Part shown: one piece after another, positions 56,264 through 64,000 of the stretch | How positions within the stretch are numbered: the stretch's first letter is position 1 | How the letters are laid out: the number at the start of each line of letters is the position of its first letter | From: an uncultured virus (IMG/VR IMGVR_UViG_2860815047_000004) | Taxonomy: Duplodnaviria > Heunggongvirae > Uroviricota > Caudoviricetes | DNA length: 64,000 nucleotides | Direction: 5' to 3' (one strand) | IMG/VR virus record: IMGVR_UViG_2860815047_000004 | Notes under the pieces: model-generated | What the model was told of the DNA's origin: nothing | Database searches by the model: none | The model's input: the letters and a program-made list of their open reading frames with translations, nothing else | Translations under genes and position numbers: made by a program

Positions 56264-56480
56264 AATAGTCTGGCAGTTGCCTGTTATCCAAAGCAATCTA
56301 ACAGATCATGGTTGGATTCATCCAAAAGCAAAATACCACGCCTATATTGATAACAAATCTGTTTGTGGAAAGTACGGTCAACATACAGATTACTTTGAAA
56401 CTGGAATAGAAGAATCAAAGTTGATGGCAAATAAGGAATGGGCTTGCAAAGTATGTTTGAAGAAGTTGGGGATTTCTTAG
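56256..56480 (+). CDS. Hypothetical Cys/His protein
   Basis: Likely start MNKIVWQ; H...C...CKVC. Confidence 0.6.
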   Translation: MNKIVWQLPVIQSNLTDHGWIHPKAKYHAYIDNKSVCGKYGQHTDYFETGIEESKLMANKEWACKVCLKKLGIS

Positions 56481-56504
56481 ATTAACAGAAAGGAGAAGGC
56501 TGAA

Positions 56505-56708
56505 ATGGGAAAAAGATTTCTAGAAAAGCTAGAATCATATGAAAAAGAAGCTTATGAAGGACAGTGCGGTATAGATTGGCTTACAGAATTAGGAGAAAAC
56601 GTAACGATCTATATTCGTGAATGTGCGAGAACTAATACACGAGCTACAATTGGAGGGCTTGAAAAGCACATTGATGAAGTGGCTAAGAAATTTCTGTATT
56701 CTCAATAA
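56505..56708 (+). CDS. Hypothetical protein
   Basis: AAGGAG RBS; stop codon lies in an 11-6-11 site. Confidence 0.65.
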   Translation: MGKRFLEKLESYEKEAYEGQCGIDWLTELGENVTIYIRECARTNTRATIGGLEKHIDEVAKKFLYSQ

Positions 56709-56727
56709 AACAACAATTTGAAATAGA

Positions 56728-57108
56728 ATGGAGAGAATTAATTTGGATAAAAGTCAATTAATAAAGGTTGGTTCAACAGTATATCTTAAACCAATCAATA
56801 ATGCCGCACGATATGGAAGAAAAGATATTCTAGAGAAAGTTGTGTTAAAAAAAGGAAGGAAATATTTCTATGTTGGAAATACGGGAGAGACAGAAATAAG
56901 ACGCATGTTCAAATTTTCTTTAGAGGATATGACAGAAGTGACAGAATATAGTCCTGACTGGGAACTTTATTTGTCCAAACAAGATATTATTGATAAGGAA
57001 GAGAAGAAAAAGTTAATTTTCAATATACGCTCAGTCTTTGATAGATGGTCATCGGTTGATTTAACGTTAGATCAATTAAGAAGGATACATGCAATCATAT
57101 CTGAATAA
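56728..57108 (+). CDS. Hypothetical protein
   Basis: 126-aa ORF bounded by 11-6-11 sites. Confidence 0.65.
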   Translation: MERINLDKSQLIKVGSTVYLKPINNAARYGRKDILEKVVLKKGRKYFYVGNTGETEIRRMFKFSLEDMTEVTEYSPDWELYLSKQDIIDKEEKKKLIFNIRSVFDRWSSVDLTLDQLRRIHAIISE

Positions 57109-57138
57109 AACACAGTTTTAAAGAGGGGAGAATAAAGC

Positions 57139-57465
57139 ATGACAAAATCAAAATTAAATGAAAACATCCTTCAATTCTTACTGGACAACGGCTTTAAACT
57201 AAAGGAATATGAAGATCAGGGGTTGACATTTTATTCTAAGGAAATAAAAGACAGTCAAACATTGAAAAGATTAATTGAACATCATTATGAACTCGAGGAA
57301 GATGAAGAGATTAATACAAAAGGAGTAAGCTTTACTGTAGAGATACAGACAAATGGGGAGTCACCTCAATGGGTCTTTACTGGTAGGCATGAATTGTTTG
57401 GCATTCTTGAAGGTCAACAGCAGTTTTTTGAATATGTAAAAGAAATTAAGCCATTAATTAGTTAG
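57139..57465 (+). CDS. Hypothetical protein
   Basis: GAGGGGAG RBS; 108 aa. Confidence 0.7.
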   Translation: MTKSKLNENILQFLLDNGFKLKEYEDQGLTFYSKEIKDSQTLKRLIEHHYELEEDEEINTKGVSFTVEIQTNGESPQWVFTGRHELFGILEGQQQFFEYVKEIKPLIS

Positions 57466-57492
57466 GCAACTGAGACTAAGGAGAGATGAACA

Positions 57493-57600
57493 ATGGATGA
57501 GCTACTGATCAAGTGTGAAGAGTGTGGGTATAAATGGATTGGCGATGACTTTGATGAAGACTGTCCATCTTGTGAAAGCGAAAATATCAAAGCTATTTGA
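57493..57600 (+). CDS. Small Zn-ribbon protein (35 aa; absent from ORF track)
   Basis: AAGGAGAG RBS; MDELLIKCEECGYKWIGDDFDEDCPSCESENIKAI. Confidence 0.6.
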   Translation: MDELLIKCEECGYKWIGDDFDEDCPSCESENIKAI

Positions 57601-57744
57601 TGAAACGTTAGTATTCCAAAGCCTATTTTAAATAAAAACACCATTTAATTCGAAACGCTTCTTTATCATCGTAAAGAAAAAATGTAAAATCCACCTATAG
57701 GCATGAGTTGTCAATGATATTGAGACATCCTTGGGGGGAGAAAT

Positions 57745-58629
57745 TTGAAAAATAAACTTGAAAAATTGCTTATTGAAAAGGGCGTATGTGAATTTCATAT
57801 TAAGGAAATGAAGGAAACCAAAAATATAAGTGAGTATCCATATGAATTGTATTATGATGAAGTTGGAAACAGCGAAAAACTATATCGGGATGTTCCGTTA
57901 AAAAAAATTAAGAGTTTAGGATTCAGGGGAACCAGTGGTGTGTCTTGGTTTGATCACGCGTGTTATAACGGTACAGATAATATTGACATTGGCCGATGTG
58001 AAAAAGCTTTTGAATACTTGAAAAAACAAAGTCTAGAAGAATTTCACACTTATTATCAACACTCACCAGTGAAATTGGTTCATTATGAAGATGATGACTT
58101 TTATGCTGTTTACGGTGATGGAACACACCGTACAATTTGGGCCAAGATAACAGGAGCTCCAACAATTTATGCTCAAGTAACTAGAGCAAGAAAGAATCCT
58201 TCCTTATATAAATCATACTTAAGATTTAAAGAATTAGAATCACAGATTAATAGGTATTTTAAGGAGAATGACCTTAGCTGGGGAGTTAAAAAAAGTCAAT
58301 ACTATTCAGAAATCCTTTACAAAGGTATGCCAGTAGCACTCTATTCTATAGATCCGCCTTACTCATTTAAGCGATCTTCCTACAGTCTCAATGATCAAAA
58401 GTTGGATACATGGAATAAGGAATTAAATGAATTTATGATTGAGTTTGAAGAGAGTTTACGCTATAGGAAAATCTTTCGCAATGTTATGAAGATTACGCCC
58501 GGAAAATTAGAGCACAAACTTTTTTCTTTTATTGAAAAGATAAGTGAAAGTTGGTCTGCAGCTAATGGAAAAGCAAGAATTATAAAACAAGGATTCGATA
58601 TGTATTGTATCGATAAACAAATCATTTAA
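57745..58629 (+). CDS. Hypothetical protein with ParB/Srx-like motif
   Basis: PVKLV...YAVYGDGTHRTIWAK. Confidence 0.6.
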   Translation: MKNKLEKLLIEKGVCEFHIKEMKETKNISEYPYELYYDEVGNSEKLYRDVPLKKIKSLGFRGTSGVSWFDHACYNGTDNIDIGRCEKAFEYLKKQSLEEFHTYYQHSPVKLVHYEDDDFYAVYGDGTHRTIWAKITGAPTIYAQVTRARKNPSLYKSYLRFKELESQINRYFKENDLSWGVKKSQYYSEILYKGMPVALYSIDPPYSFKRSSYSLNDQKLDTWNKELNEFMIEFEESLRYRKIFRNVMKITPGKLEHKLFSFIEKISESWSAANGKARIIKQGFDMYCIDKQII

Positions 58630-58642
58630 GTTACTTTAAAAT

Positions 58643-59194
58643 ATGTACAACAGCATGAGGGATGACGAAGAAACTAAAGGAGAAGTGATGAAAAAGTTAA
58701 TAATTTTATGTTTGGGTATTATCGGGGTATTTCTTATAGTTCAGTGTAGTAAATTTAACAACAATACAGAAGTTTATGTGGATACTCAATTAGAGGGAAA
58801 TCACGATGATGAAAATGAAAGAAAAAGTTATTATGACAATGATTCAAGTCAAGAAAGTGAAGCGCTTAATGACAAATATTTAAGCCGAGAAGAGAATAAG
58901 GAATATGACATTTACGCATATGATTTAACAACTAGGGAAATTCAATCACGTAATGGACAAGACGAATATGTTTATAGAGGCAACGTGATCTCTAGTAGTC
59001 AAGCCGAAAGCTATGGTTATCACACAACACCAATTACTAAGGAAGTAGCTAAATCAATTAAATTTTGGAGGAACGATGTAGATTTTGTTCCTAAAAAGGG
59101 TGAGATTGTTCTGGTTAAATTTCCTAAGGGTAATTATAAAACCTATATTGATATTGAGCTTATGTATAAGCCAACTGGAGATTGGAATTGGTGA
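58643..59194 (+). CDS. Membrane-anchored/secreted hypothetical protein
   Basis: Likely start MKKLIILCLGIIGVFLIVQC. Confidence 0.65.
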   Translation: MYNSMRDDEETKGEVMKKLIILCLGIIGVFLIVQCSKFNNNTEVYVDTQLEGNHDDENERKSYYDNDSSQESEALNDKYLSREENKEYDIYAYDLTTREIQSRNGQDEYVYRGNVISSSQAESYGYHTTPITKEVAKSIKFWRNDVDFVPKKGEIVLVKFPKGNYKTYIDIELMYKPTGDWNW

Positions 59195-59244
59195 ACAAAA
59201 CATCAACGGGAATCGGGCTGCCTACATAAGAACAGCCCTTGCAG

Positions 59245-60339
59245 TTAGCTCGCAATCCTTGTTTTGACTGGTTTGTTTTTCTTGATATTACGTAATCTAA
59301 GAGCGGGTTTTTCCACTATTCTGTACGAAAGAAATGCGGATGCAGCAGTAACAGCGATTAGGGCTATGATCAGCTGGTAATCAGACAATGTTTTATTAAT
59401 TCCAGTGTATAAGAAGATGTTGATGATCACCATGTGCCATATGAAAATCCCCATACTGATATCATCTAACCGGTTCAGCTGCCACAATATCTTCGGCCCA
59501 TTGTACCCGAACCAAATAATTGCATAGCTCAAAGGAATGAACCATAAAAAGCTCCATAGTGTACTGTTTATTGAACTGAGATGCATGGGATCTGCCTTAA
59601 AGAGTAAAAATAAAATTACCGAAGATGAAAATAAAACAATATGCTGCGGCGGTGACTTTCTCCATGCCTTTGCCCAGAAGATGCCCAAAGTGAAATAAAA
59701 CATCTGCGGCAGGAAAGAATGTAGGTAAAGCCCACCGATTACACTGTCAGGCGAGTACTTCAATGTTATAAAAGAAACCAACACACTGAAAGCGGAAACA
59801 GCAAAAGAGCAAAGAAGCATTTTTTTGAATCCGAAACGTTTATAAAACCAATAAATTGCGGGTAACACAAGGTAAAAGCTAATCTGAACAGGAATTGTCC
59901 AAAGTGAATCGTTAAGGCGACCTGTGCCAATATGATGGAATATGTCAGGGAAGTATTGAGGATATAGCACAAGATTACTAAGAAGCCATGTCCAGTACTC
60001 TTTAGTAGTGAATACCGTTAATGAAAGAGCTCCCAGAACAATTAGCAGTACAGTGGAGGCAATAGCATAGGTATAAATTGCGGGCGCGATCCTAATAATT
60101 CGGCTCCAATAAAAATTAGTTACATTATTACCTTTAAGCTGGGATCTCTCATAAGAAGTGAAAAGAAAAAATGCACTTAGAAAAAAGAAAATTGATATGC
60201 CGGTGTGAAATATTGCTTTACTCTCTGGAGTATAGCCAAAGACAGAAATGTTTAGATCTCTTGTAGCATGACCAATAAGCACACAGAGAGCAGCAAACAA
60301 CCTAATAACAAAGAAACAGTTAGAATGCTTTACGTTCAA
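59245..60339 (-). CDS. Acyltransferase family 3 (OafA/OatA-like) membrane protein
   Basis: IRLFAALCVLIGH, GISIFFFLS, FYWSRIIRIAP, SLWTIP, SMGIFIWH, SYRIVEKP. Confidence 0.9.
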   Translation of the reverse strand: MNVKHSNCFFVIRLFAALCVLIGHATRDLNISVFGYTPESKAIFHTGISIFFFLSAFFLFTSYERSQLKGNNVTNFYWSRIIRIAPAIYTYAIASTVLLIVLGALSLTVFTTKEYWTWLLSNLVLYPQYFPDIFHHIGTGRLNDSLWTIPVQISFYLVLPAIYWFYKRFGFKKMLLCSFAVSAFSVLVSFITLKYSPDSVIGGLYLHSFLPQMFYFTLGIFWAKAWRKSPPQHIVLFSSSVILFLLFKADPMHLSSINSTLWSFLWFIPLSYAIIWFGYNGPKILWQLNRLDDISMGIFIWHMVIINIFLYTGINKTLSDYQLIIALIAVTAASAFLSYRIVEKPALRLRNIKKNKPVKTRIAS

Positions 60340-60642
60340 TTTAAAGAACCTCTTTCCTATACCATATGGCGAATAAGCAGTAAGGCACTTATAAGCAGTG
60401 ATGATTATATCATAAAAATGGAAGATTTGTTCTTAAAAATGAACTAAAATAAATATTTTTGTTCTCAATAAGGTGTATTTGTGTGATATAGGGAGGTATA
60501 GATACTTATAAATACACGTAGATATTCATAGATGTATGTATATCTATCTATATCATGAAGAATACAGATAAATCACGAAGCTTCTGCCTGTTCTTTCACC
60601 TTCATTTCAAATATAGTATAATTTGGAAAAGGGGGAGAGGGA

Positions 60643-61080
60643 ATGAAAAAGCTAATCTTTTTGGCTGTAATGTGCATTGGTTTTATATTGAGTTTTAACA
60701 CACCAAGTGCTGAGGCGAAGCTTACATTAGACTACAAAAATGTGGATTTTCACATGAGTGAGGATTCAGAGAGTTTTTCAATGGCAGATTATTTTGATCG
60801 GAACTATGATCGCACTTGGCTCTTCTACAAATTCACAATCAGCAATGCAGAAGGGTGTACTCTAAATATGAAAATCAGTAGAATAACTCTTGCTGGCTGG
60901 GTATTTCCACGTAGTGAGAAGCAGTTTGTTGGAAACTATGCTGACTATACTGCTACAGATCGAGTAGAGGGAGATGCAAATCGTAATCATGTGTTAGAGA
61001 TTACAAAGAATCCAGGCTGCGGAGATGTGTGGATTAAAGGTATTTATGGATTTGAACATGAAGATTCATTTGATTGGTAA
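60643..61080 (+). CDS. Secreted hypothetical protein
   Basis: Signal peptide ending SAEA; strong RBS; terminator downstream. Confidence 0.75.
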   Translation: MKKLIFLAVMCIGFILSFNTPSAEAKLTLDYKNVDFHMSEDSESFSMADYFDRNYDRTWLFYKFTISNAEGCTLNMKISRITLAGWVFPRSEKQFVGNYADYTATDRVEGDANRNHVLEITKNPGCGDVWIKGIYGFEHEDSFDW

Positions 61081-61092
61081 GCTAAATACATA

Positions 61093-61118
61093 GTCAAGGT
61101 TTATCCTTGACCTTTTTT
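61093..61118 (+). terminator. Intrinsic terminator
   Basis: GTCAAGG-ttta t-CCTTGAC followed by a T tract. Confidence 0.7.
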
Positions 61119-61173
61119 ATGCATATATTGATAATTTAAAGTGATCATACATAATGAATGTGAGGTAGTAAAA

Positions 61174-61377
61174 TTGATTAAATCAAATTTAAAGCCGATA
61201 TTAGACGAAAAGAATATCAGTATTCGAAAGCTGTCCAATGATATTGATCATGGTTTTAACACAGTCAGGAAGCTGTATCATGACGAAATGGAGCGGTACC
61301 CAAGGGATCTGTTGGATAAAGTCTGTACATATTTAGATATTGAGCTGCATGAGCTGTTGATTCACAAAAAAGATTAA
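61174..61377 (+). CDS. Cro/C1-type HTH regulator
   Basis: [16 protein letters not shown]...FNTVRKLY...[17 protein letters not shown]. Confidence 0.85.
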   Translation: MIKSNLKPILDEKNISIRKLSNDIDHGFNTVRKLYHDEMERYPRDLLDKVCTYLDIELHELLIHKKD

Positions 61378-61494
61378 AAAGATATTGATCACTTAAAGTG
61401 ATCATGGTATACTAAAGTTACAAGAACAGTAAATACTTTCAAATTTTCTGGGTCTACATAAAATCGTACTTTTAATCAGAAGGGAAGTGACACT

Positions 61495-61827
61495 ATGATA
61501 GTGGCTCATTTAATAGGTGGAAATGAAATAGAAGGTATTAGTAACGGGGGTGTAATCATTAACGGCGAAAAGTTAGACGCGAGCTATGAGGATTTAGCTT
61601 CTGTCTGCGGGAGTATAGAATTGGGAGATTTAAATACAAGTATTACCATTCGTAGAAGTAGTGAAGATGTACTAAGAGATTATATTAAGTTGGTGCAAGA
61701 TTTTGATGCCGAACTAGGCGAAGAATTTGTAATTAACAATCATTTAACAGCAGAAGTTCGTTGTAGCACATATCAAGTTAATTTTGAAGATAAAACACTA
61801 ACATTGATAATTGATACATATGAATAA
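61495..61827 (+). CDS. Hypothetical protein
   Basis: 110-aa ORF after a promoter and an 11-6-11 site. Confidence 0.65.
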   Translation: MIVAHLIGGNEIEGISNGGVIINGEKLDASYEDLASVCGSIELGDLNTSITIRRSSEDVLRDYIKLVQDFDAELGEEFVINNHLTAEVRCSTYQVNFEDKTLTLIIDTYE

Positions 61828-62018
61828 AATGTTGATTGACTGAGTGATGGAGAGTTTACTACGAAACGAACCTTGGTAAGTTTGTTGAAAGGGAATAAAA
61901 TTAAGGAGGATTCTTTATAAAATCATTCTTTTATGTGGAACTAAGACAACTGTGGAACGAAAAACAATCATCAGAACATGAAAAGGTGTTTAGAACGCAG
62001 ATATGAAGGAGTGAATTA

Positions 62019-62570
62019 ATGAACCAGTTTACAGATACAACTAATAATATTTGGAGGGTAATCAATAGACATAAGAGATTGATAATCGCTATTGTTATAA
62101 TCGCTACTGTTGGGTACCTCGTGTTTGGCAGAAGCTCAGGATTAACACAGGATAAGTTTCAAGATAAAATATACAAAGTTTCAAACGGAGTTATTGATAT
62201 TAATGATTCGAAAATTGAGAAGGTTAATGATGGGTCATCTGTCTATATGGCCAAATGGAATGGTTTCACAATTACGGCATCTGTAGATAGTAAAGACCGT
62301 ATCATTTTTCCCTATGGTGTCATTGGCCTTCCTTCAAATCAAATGGATGAAATTTCCTTAGGGCAATACCAAGAAATAATGAAAGCATTAAGTAGTGTAG
62401 CAGATTCAAAACTTTCTGATGAAGATAAGGAACGATTAATTTTAAATGAATTGAATTTTAATAATGTAATTGAGACAGGAACAAAACATTCCGCCTCTAA
62501 AAATGGAATAAAGTATGAATTGATTGGCACAGAGGGTGCCTTATTATTTATGCTTGGCAATAAGAAATAA
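62019..62570 (+). CDS. Membrane-anchored hypothetical protein
   Basis: N-terminal TM LIIAIVIIATVGYLVF; AAGGAG RBS. Confidence 0.7.
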   Translation: MNQFTDTTNNIWRVINRHKRLIIAIVIIATVGYLVFGRSSGLTQDKFQDKIYKVSNGVIDINDSKIEKVNDGSSVYMAKWNGFTITASVDSKDRIIFPYGVIGLPSNQMDEISLGQYQEIMKALSSVADSKLSDEDKERLILNELNFNNVIETGTKHSASKNGIKYELIGTEGALLFMLGNKK

Positions 62571-62612
62571 TTGTGAAAAATCATAAATGCACAATAAGGG
62601 AGAGGATGACTT

Positions 62613-62840
62613 ATGGTAGCCAAAATGATAACTGTCTGGTACAAATATGATGATAAGGGCAACGAAGCCAAACTAAATCATATTGAAAATGGTTGGGTAA
62701 ATGGAGACTATCCAAAACCAAAAGATCCATCATACTCAAATCAAGAAGCATGGAAGAAAAGTGATTGGGAAAGAAAGTATGCTTATTTAGATGAACAATA
62801 TCGAGTATTGAGCGTTCCACCAGCTTTTTGGATTAAATAA
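62613..62840 (+). CDS. Hypothetical protein
   Basis: GGAGAGG RBS; 75 aa. Confidence 0.65.
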   Translation: MVAKMITVWYKYDDKGNEAKLNHIENGWVNGDYPKPKDPSYSNQEAWKKSDWERKYAYLDEQYRVLSVPPAFWIK

Positions 62841-62858
62841 TGAACCAGCAGGGGGAGT

Positions 62859-63089
62859 ATGCAAATGATCAAGGTTTATACAAGAGGTCATAAGATACCA
62901 GAAAAGATTAAGTCTTGCATCTCTGAATGGAATTATTGGTCTTGGATTGTTGCTGCAAATAGTGAAAAGGGCAATAAAAGTGCAAAGCGGCTTATTGAAA
63001 AGATTGAATCGGATCCAGACAAAATTGCGGAATATAAAACTGAAGACGGAATTGAAGTATATGTAAGCTACATGGATCCAGTGAAATAA
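62859..63089 (+). CDS. Hypothetical protein
   Basis: GGGGGAG RBS; 76 aa. Confidence 0.6.
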   Translation: MQMIKVYTRGHKIPEKIKSCISEWNYWSWIVAANSEKGNKSAKRLIEKIESDPDKIAEYKTEDGIEVYVSYMDPVK

Positions 63090-63103
63090 AAAAGAGCATT
63101 AAA

Positions 63104-63286
63104 CTAAATGCTCTTCTTCATACCACATCTGCGACACTCACGTAAAAACACACCACTTTTCACTGAACTCTTGAATAAAGCGTAATCACAGTTGTCGCAG
63201 CGTCCATATTTAACATCAGGATACTCCTTATAATCATACACAATTGCTACATCGTAGCCATTAGTCTCAAAATCTTTCTCTTCCAT
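63104..63286 (-). CDS. Small Zn-finger protein
   Basis: CDNC...CRRCG; AGGTG RBS. Confidence 0.7.
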   Translation of the reverse strand: MEEKDFETNGYDVAIVYDYKEYPDVKYGRCDNCDYALFKSSVKSGVFLRECRRCGMKKSI

Positions 63287-63356
63287 TAAATTTCACCTAC
63301 ACAAAGTATTTAACACTACTATAATACCAGACGATGTATATAAGGAGGGGTTTTAT

Positions 63357-63608
63357 TTGATTGGAATAGCATATTTCTTAATACTCTGGCTGGGTATTGG
63401 CTTTCTGACAGGATTTAAGGCCTTATTCGTTGATCAGGTTTATGATGAAGAGTTTAAGCAGGAACTGATTGATTCATTTTCACCAGGTATGGAGCAGAAT
63501 ATGATTGAACTGTTCTTTAAGAATAAAATAAATATCATGGTGTTTTACATATTAATTGGATTGCTGCCACTGGCCATAAAAATTGCTGGTCTGCTGAAGA
63601 GGAGTTAG
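63357..63608 (+). CDS. Small membrane protein
   Basis: AAGGAGGGG RBS; two TM segments. Confidence 0.65.
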   Translation: MIGIAYFLILWLGIGFLTGFKALFVDQVYDEEFKQELIDSFSPGMEQNMIELFFKNKINIMVFYILIGLLPLAIKIAGLLKRS

Positions 63609-63610
63609 CT

Positions 63611-63826
63611 ATGCCGGTTATCGATACCTTTTTTGTTATTCAATTTGAAAATGATGATTACTTCAAGTCATTTAAATTAGATGGAAGTGGTTATAAGACA
63701 TCTAAGGGGCTTCATAGCGCTTCTAAGTTCACTACAATGTCAGAAGCCTTAGCGATCGCAAATGAGCTACATATGGAGTTTAAAGCCACTTCTGCCATAA
63801 GGCAAATTGAAGTTATTACTAGGTGA
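63611..63826 (+). CDS. Hypothetical protein
   Basis: GAGGAG RBS; 71 aa. Confidence 0.6.
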   Translation: MPVIDTFFVIQFENDDYFKSFKLDGSGYKTSKGLHSASKFTTMSEALAIANELHMEFKATSAIRQIEVITR

Positions 63827-63837
63827 GGAGTGTTCAG

Positions 63838-63969
63838 GTGTACTGGATTGAATGGATTGAGGATGGGGAGAAGAAAAGTATTGTTGCTGAGGGCTGGGTG
63901 GAATGGGTCACAATCCTGGAAGACCTTTATCAGCAACGATTTGAGTATGTTGAATGGAAGAGAATTTAA
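63838..63969 (+). CDS. Small Trp-rich ORF (43 aa; absent from ORF track)
   Basis: GAGGAG RBS then GTG; MYWIEWIEDGEKKSIVAEGWVEWVTILEDLYQQRFEYVEWKRI. Confidence 0.55.
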   Translation: MYWIEWIEDGEKKSIVAEGWVEWVTILEDLYQQRFEYVEWKRI

Positions 63970-64000
63970 AAAACACAAGTCTAAATAAAATTAATGTAAA

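Noticed and set aside
55789..57654. CRISPR array
   Set aside because: Repeats are degenerate and separated by whole genes of 300-600 bp; no cas genes in the window.

Overview
This 64-kb window is the interior of an SPbeta-like temperate phage/prophage of a Bacillus subtilis-group host; no host DNA or att site is visible. From left to right: a rap-phr cassette; the lysis module; the minus-strand late region (tailspike, tail, CwlP tape measure, tyrosine recombinase, head, portal, terminase; yomE...yonK order); a ~1.6-kb ORF-poor, densely base-paired region; HU (yonN); and the YonO RNA polymerase. After a strand switch come a wHTH + tubulin/TubZ-like pair, the yonT-yoyJ toxin locus, two helicase-like genes and many small accessory genes. 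Main observations: (1) a 28-bp palindromic 11-6-11 site (TCTNNATAAAA-N6-TTTTATNNAGA) recurs at 13 or more accessory-gene boundaries, with one copy at the 3' end of the tyrosine recombinase gene, suggesting a possible cassette system; (2) a candidate ~1.6-kb structured ncRNA between yonN and yonK; (3) two ORF-less group I introns, in yonO and in cwlP, whose predicted splicing restores continuous ORFs; (4) a TubZ-like module; (5) a Phr precursor with two related peptides. yom/yon gene names come from remembered SPbeta gene order and protein lengths, not from a database search.
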